A model generated the notes under the pieces. That model ran no database searches. It worked only from the letters and a program-made list of their open reading frames with translations, and was not told the DNA's origin. Of a DNA stretch of 64,000 nt, positions 54,461 to 64,000 are shown piece after piece (position 1 is the stretch's first letter; each line of letters starts with the position of its first letter). This DNA is from Octopus vulgaris. Its lineage: Eukaryota. The position numbers and the translations under genes are program-made. The stretch lies in contig OX597831.1 of assembly GCA_951406725.2 (NCBI GenBank), positions 19,158,001-19,222,000 on the forward strand. The letters run 5' to 3'.

Positions 54461-54944
54461 TTTTCTTCGTTGAAAAACCCACGATCAAAAGGGCGCCTGA
54501 TCAAAAGGGCCAGAGCCTTTCTCCTTTAATTGAATATTTTTTTACAGGTGCCCGCTCAGAATTTGTCTTTTCACACTGTCCATTTCTTCCAACATTCACC
54601 CACTTTTCAACAAAATTACTAGAAGGCAACACATCCTTTTCCACCCTCAACTTCATTTTCAAGTGAAACTTGAAACAGTTGATGAGGGCTTGGTCAAAGA
54701 GGTAAGTGTCTCACTTTAGCCATTTCAGACGTGTCTACCAAACTACCTATTTCGCTACAGAAAAGTTAAAACGGCTTGCTTCTCCTGGCCAAAGGAGGGC
54801 GGCGAGCGAATATTCTTTATGGAATCAGCAAGATCATGCATTGTTTATCTTGATATGATATCACCATGTCGAATTTCTATTTTGTAGATTTCTATTAAGG
54901 AGAATTACTTTTAGAGAATGTTCATATCAAAAGTGGAATTTTCC

Positions 54945-55021
54945 AGGGGACTCGTAAACACACCAGCATCGGTTGTCAAGTCAAGCGATGACGGACATGC
55001 ACACACACATAAACACTTACT

Positions 55022-55101
<80 letters not shown>

Positions 55102-55264
55102 CGACGGGCCTCTTTCAGATTCCGTCTAAAAATCCACTCACAATGCTTTGGTCGTCTCGAGAGTATCGGAGAAGATAGCTGCCCAAGGTGCTACGCAGTA
55201 GGACTAAACCTGGAACCATGTAGTTGGTAAACCAGTTATTTACCACACACCCACTCCTGTGCCT
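54945..55264 (-). mobile_element. SINE family 1
   Basis: Reverse complement of the family 1 head and (TG) core. Confidence 0.8.
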
Positions 55265-55273
55265 ATAAGTACA

Positions 55274-55315
<42 letters not shown>

Positions 55316-55852
55316 AAAGTATGTAAGAGAGTCCTAGCAAGACCACTGCAGTTCCTCTTTCAGAGCTTCCTTGCAGCTTCCTTACATATAAGTTTATATA
55401 TATATATAAATATCTTTCACATTTTATTATCTCAGTATTTGTAACTGTTATCAGTTAAATATTTTGCAATCTTCATAAAAAAGACAATCTAACATGAAGC
55501 TATAACACGACTATGTATTTATCTTGTTACTAATCTATTTGCAGTAAATCTCTAAAGATGTTTATTTATTAATCTATTACTCTATCGATAATGCTGTCTT
55601 TAATTTATTTTTTTCTATTTTCTTGTAGGCTTAAATAGTGTTATATTGATCAATATTATATATCCAGCCCAATGTATGTATGAATGTATGTATGTTTATA
55701 TATATATGTTTGTGTGATTGTGTGGTTGTGTTAACGTACGTACATATATATGCATGTACCATAACTTTGTTTTGTTTATATGGATAAATATATACATATG
55801 TGTGTGTGTCTATTTGTACATATAGGCGCATACACACATGTGCATACTCAGA

Positions 55853-55903
<51 letters not shown>

Positions 55904-56592
55904 GTATATGTATATGTATATATGCATGATACTTATATTATATGACTTATATTTATGTAGATGTGTATAACTTTCATTACATTTTACTCTTTATCTATAC
56001 AACTCGCAAAATTAATCCTGCACAGTATATCACTGCAAAACCCCGCGAGATTAAGATAAATATTTGGTTGATTTGACCAGATTAAACCGCATTTGTTGTC
56101 AAACATAACTTAATCTATTGTATTATTTGCAATCTTCATAGCTGTTGCCAGCAAGAAAGTGTCATGATTGCTTTGTAGATAATAATTGAATTTCTTTGGA
56201 GCGTGCTGCATAGATGCTTGCATCATCTGTAAACATTAAAATCTTAAAAACCTTTTTCTTGGTTTAAGAGGAAAGCATGCAACCTCCTTTCTCTCATACT
56301 GACATACGGAGAAAATAAAAATAGAGGTTACTGGCAGAACTTTTCCCAGTTAGTTAAGTTTCCGAACAACTTGTAAAATGGCTCGTAAAGAGCCTTAGTC
56401 CTTTTTCATTCACATTCTTACAGTGGAAGAATTCGTCTACATTTTTTATTGCCGTAAAAAAGGTTCTCTTGTACTTAATGTACTTTACTCTTGTACTTAA
56501 TCTATTCTATATGTAAATTTACACCACCATATACACCTACATATATATATATATATATATGTGTGTGTATATGTATACGTTTATATCTGTAC

Positions 56593-56649
<57 letters not shown>

Positions 56650-56861
56650 TTTTTTGAAATAGAAAGATGAATAATCTTGTAGCAGATTATTCAAAAGTTT
56701 AACCGATACCTCGGTAGCAAAAATCACAGCAGAAGACAGCACGGTTGGAGGTACAACCATATGGTGTTGCAACCGTGCGTTGGTGCGGATAATTGAAATT
56801 AAAATATTATTGGTGAATTGAAGAAATGGAGCTGAACGAAGATTGAACAGAAATCGTTTTA

Positions 56862-56950
56862 TTTCATTCTACACGTGTTTCGAAAGGCACAATTTACCAA
56901 AATCCGATTGAATAATGAGACCATATTGTGTCTTTCTCTTCAGGAAGAAA
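56862..56950 (-). ncRNA. Minimal type I hammerhead in the PLE 3' terminal repeat, intact core
   Basis: Minus strand: TTC-CTGAAGA-GAAAGACACAAT...ATTGTGCCTTTC-GAAA-CACGTG-TA-GAA; same sense as the ORF at 57572-59410. Confidence 0.85.
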
Positions 56951-57571
56951 TAGGAAATCCGTTTGAAAAAACAAAAACAGAACAGAGGCGGAGCAAAACA
57001 AATCGAACTAGGCTCCTAAGAGCCCATGGCAAAACTGTTTATCAGTGTATGTTGAGAACCGGTGGTTGAAGATTTTAACGGGTCAGGCAGCGGTCATTCC
57101 TGCGGGTGAGTGTGTGTAGATGTTCTTTGTGACCGAGAATAAAGTCCTGACTATTTAAGGAATATTGGATGTTTTATAAGGAGCGAGAAAAAATCTACTT
57201 AGAGACATGTGTGTGTTTACTGTTCTATATATGTGTGTGCTGGCGCAGGTTGGCGAGACCTCCGTCAAGGGGTAGAAAACATTTTTTGTGTACGTGTGTG
57301 CGTTTGATCGTTCGGCTGTCAGTGGTTAAGCCGCTCTACACAATGGCTACTGCAGTAAGAACCGTTGGGTGGCAGAAAAAAATATATTATGTTTTATGTG
57401 TGCGTGTGTTCGTCTGAACCTGCCTTGTCAAGGAAACCCCCGTCGTCAAAAAACAAAGCCCCGTTTATCTTACAGGAGTAATTCCCCTTGCAGTGGTTAA
57501 TCGTAATTATCTTAAAGGCTATTTCAGAATTTGTTACCAAGGGCTATGGGTGCATGTATTATTTATAAACG

Positions 57572-59410
57572 CTATTTAAAAGCCAGATAAGTGTAACGCC
57601 GCCAATGGGGGCATCGAAAAGCCGACTGTAAAAGTCCGTTTACCATCCGGCATCTGGCGAACAAAATATGGAAGAGTTCGGAGACACAAAGGTTGCACTT
57701 CCTTCTGCCCCTATCAAATGGGAGGGCCACCGACAAAATTGACCATTCCAGCCTGTAGCTTGAGTTCGTAACCTTCAATCGGCATATTAGCTTGCTGAGT
57801 CCCGTGGTCTGGCGTTTGTTCATGTCCCGAAAAGTTGCGTAATGATTGGAGATTCGCAAAGCCAATCTTGACGATGAGGCCCCTACATAAGTGTAGACAT
57901 CTGAGTCCGTGTAAACCTTGCATTGGTAGACGGCGTATCTGATCTTGGAGTTCGCCGACGTGAATCTTATTCTGCTAGGATTAGTTTCTGAAATTAGAAC
58001 TGCGTTCCTGTCACTATATTTGTTACGAGAACTGCAGCCGCTTACTACTTTATTTTCCACTACGTCACTATTAACTAAAGGAATAAACCCTGATTCTCCA
58101 CTATCTATCAGAGTGCTGTCATTGCTAGTGCCCGTAGTGCTGCTATTGCGGATTATGAAGCTGGGGTCGCTAATGGGGCTCTCTAACCTACTCCCATTGT
58201 TACCGTCAACCACAACACCCCGATTTATAACTATACCTCTAGTGTGTACTCCCTGGCTGGAGCTGAGATTATGTGTCACTGTACTGGCTCTCATATCATT
58301 AATACTACTATAATTATTCCTACTGAGCATTAAACCGGGAGCGGAAGAGGCTGTGCCTCCGGAAAAAGGTGATAGGGTCTTAGTAAATAGCCTATTATTA
58401 TGGGAGGCGATTATCTGGGCGAGGTTTTTAGTGTTGGAGAAAGCTATCCTAACTTTATGCGAGTTAACCGTGGAGTAATATTTGGAATTTCTGGGGAAGT
58501 TATTGGCGATGGCTTGTCTAAACATGAGGGGGAGGTTAGTTCTAATCTGCTTACCAAAGGGAATTACAAACCATATATACTTATTCCTATCTGTGTGATG
58601 GGTCGGGATGCCAGCTCTCGCATTCGGGTGGGTGATTCTCGGATGAATAACGGGTTTTGGGTTAGTGTGAGATCTCCCGGACCGATAATTATCCTTGTTC
58701 GCTAAATTAAATGCGGGAGCGACTGCCCCAGCACCCGCCGCGCTCCCGTCCCTACTTAAATTGTTTATGTTATTATAGACGGCCCTATCCTGATGACCGT
58801 ATGATGGCATCGGAAGGGCCGGATCAACATAAATTACCTTCTGCCTATAACCGACCTTGGATAGTGCGGCGTTATTAAATTCCGCTTTCTGCATAAAAAT
58901 ATCGGCACTGGCGGACAAGCCAGACAATCTTAGAGAGATGTTTTTAACCAAATTGTCTGTTACGGTTTTGGCATGATTTGAGAAGACACTGACATACTTC
59001 AAATTAGTGGAAGGCTTATGGTAAGGGCAGTATGAGTCGCTATTAAGGTTAAGTGTAACGTCTAGGAAATTAGCCTTGGTGAGTTCATTATCAAAAACTA
59101 TATTCATGCCCATTCTATTAAAAAACCTAGCTAACCTGCTCTTAGTTTTCTGCACTATTCTGTTCGTGGTGTTTTGCAGGTAAAACAGACAATCGTCACG
59201 ATACAGGCCGCCCGCGATCTCCGGGAATTGGTCGGACAATTCGTAGAGAATATATATTCCGACCAAATCGGCTATCTGCGCACTATCCGAACTACCCATA
59301 GGCACATCAAATTCATTGGGAGTATCTTTACGGATCCACAACTTATTATCAAACTTAGAAAAAGATTTCCTGGCAACTAAAATGATATCTATCTCTTCTC
59401 TGGTGAGGCC
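57572..59410 (-). CDS. PLE RT (C-terminal half) + GIY-YIG endonuclease, 5'-truncated, open frame
   Basis: EEIDIILVARKS, FDVPMGSSDSAQIADLVG, GLYRDD, NFLDVTLNL, SNH; VYQCKV..YVG..R..NH, TGLSK, CNLC..E, CPH (Naiad-like). Confidence 0.9.
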   Translation of the reverse strand, partial: GLTREEIDIILVARKSFSKFDNKLWIRKDTPNEFDVPMGSSDSAQIADLVGIYILYELSDQFPEIAGGLYRDDCLFYLQNTTNRIVQKTKSRLARFFNRMGMNIVFDNELTKANFLDVTLNLNSDSYCPYHKPSTNLKYVSVFSNHAKTVTDNLVKNISLRLSGLSASADIFMQKAEFNNAALSKVGYRQKVIYVDPALPMPSYGHQDRAVYNNINNLSRDGSAAGAGAVAPAFNLANKDNYRSGRSHTNPKPVIHPRITHPNARAGIPTHHTDRNKYIWFVIPFGKQIRTNLPLMFRQAIANNFPRNSKYYSTVNSHKVRIAFSNTKNLAQIIASHNNRLFTKTLSPFSGGTASSAPGLMLSRNNYSSINDMRASTVTHNLSSSQGVHTRGIVINRGVVVDGNNGSRLESPISDPSFIIRNSSTTGTSNDSTLIDSGESGFIPLVNSDVVENKVVSGCSSRNKYSDRNAVLISETNPSRIRFTSANSKIRYAVYQCKVYTDSDVYTYVGASSSRLALRISNHYATFRDMNKRQTTGLSKLICRLKVTNSSYRLEWSILSVALPFDRGRRKCNLCVSELFHILFARCRMVNGLLQSAFRCPHWRRYTYLAFK

Positions 59411-60872
59411 ATACTGCCCTTACCATAAGCCTTCCACTAATTTGAAGTATGTCAGTGTCTTCTCAAATCATGCCAAAACTGTAACAGACAACTTGGTTAA
59501 AAACATCTCTCTAAGATTGTCTGGCTTGTCCGCCAGTGCCGATATTTTTATGCAGAAAGCGGAATTTTATAACGCCGCACTATCCAAGGCCGGTTATAGG
59601 CAGAAGGTAATTTATATTGATCCGGCCCTTCCGATGCCATCATTCGGTCATCAGGATAGGGCCGTCTATAATAACATAAACAATTTAAGTAGGGACGGGA
59701 GCGCGGCGGGTGCTGGGGCAGTCGCTCCCGCATTTAATTTAGCGAACAAGGATAATTATTGGTCCGGGAGATCTCACACTAACCCAAAACCCGTTATTCA
59801 TCCGAGAATCACCCACCCGAATGCGAGAGCTGGCGTCCCGACCCATCACACAGATAGGAATAAGTATATATGGTTTGTAATTCCCTTTGGTAAGCAGATT
59901 AGAACTAACCTCCCCCTCATGTTTAGACAAGCCATCGCCAATAACTTCCCCAGAAATTCCAAATATTACTCCACGGTTAACTCGCATAAAGTTAGGATAG
60001 CTTTCTCCAACACTAAAAACCTCGCCCAGATAATCGCCTCCCATAATAATAGGCTACTTACTAAGACCCTATCACCTTTTTCCGGAGGCACAGCCTCTTC
60101 CGCTCCCGGTTTAATGCTCAGTAGGAATAATTATAGTAGTATTAATGATATGAGAGCCAGTACAGTGACACATAATCTCAGCTCCAGCCAGGGAGTACAC
60201 ACTAGAGGTATAGTTATAAATCGGGGTGTTGTGGTTGACGGCAACAATGGGAGTAGGTTAGAGAGCCCCATTAGCGACCCCAGCTTCATTTCCCGCAATA
60301 GCAGCACTACGGGCACTAGCAATGACAGCACTCTGATAGATAGTGGAGAATCAGGGGTTATTCCTTTAGTTAATAGTGACGTAGTGGAAAATAAAGTAGT
60401 AAGCGGCTGCAGTTCTCGTAACAAATATAGTGACAGGAACGCAGTTCTAATTTCAGAAACTAATCCTAGCAGAATAAGATTCACGTCGGCGAACTCCAAG
60501 ATCAGATACGCCGTCTACCAATGCAAGGTTTACACGGACTCAGATGTCTACACTTATGTAGGGGCCTCATCGTCAAGATTGGCTTTGCGAATCTCCAATC
60601 ATTACGCAACTTTTCGGGACATGAACAAACGCCAGACCACGGGACTCAGCAAGCTAATATGGCGATTGAAGGATACGAACTCAAGCAACAGGCTGGAATG
60701 GTCAATTTTGTCGGTGGCCCTCCCATTTGATAGGGGCAGAAGGAAGTGCAACCTTTGTGTCTCCGAACTCTTCCATATTTTGTTCGCCAGATGCCGGATG
60801 GTAAACGGACTTTTACAGTCGGCTTTTCGATGCCCCCATTGGCGGCGTTACACTTATCTGGCTTTTAAATAG
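59409..60872 (+). CDS. Inverted second copy of the PLE thumb-linker-GIY-YIG region, open frame
   Basis: From YCPYHKP to YLAFK it is nearly identical to the minus-strand ORF; the upstream part of the listed ORF (59316-59408) is antisense RT. Confidence 0.85.
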   Translation, partial: PYCPYHKPSTNLKYVSVFSNHAKTVTDNLVKNISLRLSGLSASADIFMQKAEFYNAALSKAGYRQKVIYIDPALPMPSFGHQDRAVYNNINNLSRDGSAAGAGAVAPAFNLANKDNYWSGRSHTNPKPVIHPRITHPNARAGVPTHHTDRNKYIWFVIPFGKQIRTNLPLMFRQAIANNFPRNSKYYSTVNSHKVRIAFSNTKNLAQIIASHNNRLLTKTLSPFSGGTASSAPGLMLSRNNYSSINDMRASTVTHNLSSSQGVHTRGIVINRGVVVDGNNGSRLESPISDPSFISRNSSTTGTSNDSTLIDSGESGVIPLVNSDVVENKVVSGCSSRNKYSDRNAVLISETNPSRIRFTSANSKIRYAVYQCKVYTDSDVYTYVGASSSRLALRISNHYATFRDMNKRQTTGLSKLIWRLKDTNSSNRLEWSILSVALPFDRGRRKCNLCVSELFHILFARCRMVNGLLQSAFRCPHWRRYTYLAFK

Positions 60873-61489
60873 CGTTTATAAATAATACATGCACCCATAG
60901 CCCTTGGTAACAAATTCTGAAATAGCCTTTAAGATAATTACGATTAACCACTGCAAGGGGAATTACTCCTGTAAGATAAACGGGGCTTTGTTTTTTGACG
61001 ACGGGGGTTTCCTTGACAAGGCAGGTTCAGACGAACACACGCACACATAAAACATAATATATTTTTTTCTGCCACCCAACGGTTCTTACTGCAGTAGCCA
61101 TTGTGTAGAGCGGCTTAACCACTGACAGCCGAACGATCAAACGCAGACACGTACACAAAAAATGTTTTCTACCCCTTGACGGAGGTCTCGCCAACCTGCG
61201 CCAGCACACACATATATAGAACAGTACGAGACATAGGCAGAAATATCCAGAAACCAGGCTGGCCTGCTCGCCTCGCCGCTAGAATTTTGTAGGGGTTCGC
61301 TCCCCTGCTCGCAATATCTCGGGTGCAGCTGTGTATCGTTAACCAGTGAGTGCAGATATCCTCTCGCGGATAAAAAATTGCAGTAAAGTCCGTTCGAACG
61401 CACAGCAATGTTGAAGTGGCTACGGACATTATATATATATATATATATATTTATAAATGTGTGTGTGTGGTTGTGTGTATGTGTATATA

Positions 61490-61522
<33 letters not shown>

Positions 61523-62457
61523 GTATATATGCATGTATGTATATATGGATACATATGTATACACATACTCCTTAGTATTAGTCTCTTTCTCTCTTACTCT
61601 CTTTCCCTTTGTGTATGTGTGTGTGTGTGATTGTGTTCCTGAATTTTCAGTGTGTAATGGTGTTTCTGATTTCTTTCAATAATATTATTTTTCGTGGAAG
61701 TGTGAGCTTTGACGTAATGTTTTAAAGCTATCAAGTAATTACGGACTGTATTTGAAATGAATTAGTGTAGTATCACGATCTCTCAGTCTATTTAAATTGA
61801 TTAAATTAGATTTAAAACTATCGAGTTTATTTTGGTTGGTTAGCAGTAGAAGCATTGATATGAATACTTGTGTAGTTCACCCCTCTCTCCGTCAGGCTTT
61901 TTCTTATGGTACATTGCTTTCCATTTAACATAATTATTAGATTGTTGAGTTTTCTTATTACTCTTCCGATGAGGTTTACTCTATATAGTTTTACCACTGT
62001 TTTATTATTTATTTTATAACAAAGAAATTAAAGGGGCCTTCTCCGTCTCCACCTGGTTATTTTCGCGTTGTGGAGAATGTTAGGTAGGATAATTACTCAC
62101 CAAGCAACGGTTCGTTTATATGTATATATTCGTAACGACTCAGTTAACTAAGCTCCCCGTTCCTAAAAGAATTTCACGTACACCAACCGAGTGACTGAAA
62201 ACGTATGCCATCGGAGAACAGCTTAGGTCAGATTTTGTTTCTCCATACAGGTTTGTGTTTCAAGTGCATTCATCATATCTCACTTTCTCTTCACTTCTAA
62301 TCCCTTTCCATTTCCCTTTCTCTTATTTCTGATGAGAAACAAATTATTCAGAAACTGCGCATGTTCTGTTCTTCTTCTGCTTTATTGCAATTCAGTTATT
62401 ATATTGTTATTATTCATGTGCCTGGATTTTTTCTCTTGCAAATAATACTTACGTAAA

Positions 62458-62527
<70 letters not shown>

Positions 62528-62528
62528 C

Positions 62529-62580
<52 letters not shown>

Positions 62581-62599
62581 ATGCATGTGTGTTTATGCG

Positions 62600-62744
<145 letters not shown>

Positions 62745-62799
62745 GTACACACACTTATACAAATAATTTTATGCTATAATATGCTATAATCATTTACGT

Positions 62800-62905
62800 A
62801 ATTGCGTTGACAGCATTCCGTCCGTTTTAATTTCTGAGTTCAAATTCCACCGAGGTCGTCTTTGCCTTTCGTCCTCTCCAGGTTGATGCAATAAGTACCA
62901 GGTTT
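62800..62905 (+). mobile_element. SINE family 2 fragment (another at about 63560-63740)
   Basis: TCTGAGTTCAAATTCCACCGAGGTCGTCTTTGCCTTTC. Confidence 0.75.
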
Positions 62906-64000
62906 CGTACCAAAAGCAGAGTGGAATATTAACATTTCAAACCTACTACACAATGAACAATGGTGGCAACATCGGAAAACGTACGGTAAAATAACGTCCA
63001 TGTATTTGAAGTTCGTAAAATCAACAACAGTCTTCTTTGCGAAAGAGTGATGTTACAAGCGATATGATCTTAATCGTTATTAAGTATCGCGTGTTGCAAC
63101 GATTAGTTTTGAATGAATGCAGCAAAGCCAGTGCCTGCAATATGATATTATAGGCAACACATGCCACTGCTAAAGAAACTTTGACACGCGCAGGAATAAA
63201 ACTTTCGCTCATGTACAATATATTATATAATGTCTGGTTTCATGTAAGTTACATTTTACTTATTAGCATTATTTGAAAGTCCCCTTTTCAAGATGACAAC
63301 GTAAGCCAAGAATATTATGAAAGCATTCAAAAATTCATAACCTCTGCTCTTTTCAAACACACATATGTCAGCTCCATGGCATAAAATATCGTAGCTTCAC
63401 CCCCAGAGACTTTGCCTCATGCGATATAATGTCACGTAATCTAAGCAGGTCTTTCCAGAAATAATATATTTTACATTCTGAAATAAAGGTTTCTACCAAT
63501 TTATATTGACTTAGACAGTCATATCAAATATGACTGGTAAAGAGTGCAAGATGGAGTGCTGCTAAAAATTATTCTAGTGTATTTGTTTTCTGGTTCTTTA
63601 CGGTCTGAGTTCAAATCCTACTGATATCAACTTTGCCATTTATTCTATTTCGGGAACCAATGAATTGCCCGTCACGTGCTGGGGTACTAGGAACCGAGTA
63701 GCCTCTCCCCTCAAAGGTGTTGGCCATGCGTCTATGTCAGCAGCTAGTATTACTAATATTAATAATACAGACACACACATTACTGTGTATGTGTGTATAT
63801 CTATGTAGACTTGACTATCAAGATTTTTTTTCTGATTCTCGTAAACCCTATTTTAAAAAGTATTAACAAAATATTGTATACAAAGGAATATAAAATTATT
63901 TTATATTAAGAATATAATGTATCAATATCAAATTTGTTCTACAAAACTTTTCTTGTGCTACGTGAAAGGTGGAAGGCGTTCAACAGATTTTTTTTTTCTG

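Larger units (their letters stand above)
56650..61407. mobile_element. Penelope-like element insertion forming a large palindrome, bounded by (TA)n
   Basis: Arms 57218-59034 and 59410-61226 (1817 bp each, about 1% divergent) with a 375-bp spacer. Confidence 0.92.

Noticed and set aside
57714-60730. Alternative-frame and antisense ORFs within the PLE, RTE and Dong elements
   Set aside because: Shadow ORFs of the real transposon frames.
57572-60872. Selenocysteine recoding as reported for some Naiad PLEs; A-to-G editing signature between the arms
   Set aside because: No in-frame TGA in either ORF; arm differences are mixed substitution types with no A>G bias.
62329-62365. CTGATGA-GAA..TTC-A-GAAA-CTGCGCATG hammerhead-like string (weaker ones near 21915 and 40390)
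   Set aside because: Stem I missing or core degraded; at best decayed remnants.

Overview
AT-rich, microsatellite-dense eukaryotic DNA whose SINE, LINE and Tc1/mariner repertoire points to a coleoid cephalopod, probably Octopus (inferred). Most ORFs in the track are microsatellite noise. Mobile elements: a near full-length decayed R4/Dong LINE plus two Dong fragments in (TAA)n tracts; a young GC-rich RTE/BovB-like LINE with an 11-bp TSD; several mariner and maT (DD37D) transposons; two SINE families; and Penelope-like elements (PLEs), one forming a 4-kb palindrome with two open RT/GIY-YIG frames. Missed by the ORF track: (i) a series of minimal type I hammerhead ribozyme motifs with palindromic stem III and long stem II, several inside small non-coding fold-back elements beside (TA)n that carry the motif on both strands; (ii) a spliced minus-strand gene for a small secreted Cys-rich protein (MKYFIFLLLLTVDVALS-VVCIDV...EFCRDYKKFEGC...YC), with a near-identical copy about 23.6 kb away (1-5399 = 23610-28984) and an older diverged paralogue near 37-40 kb.
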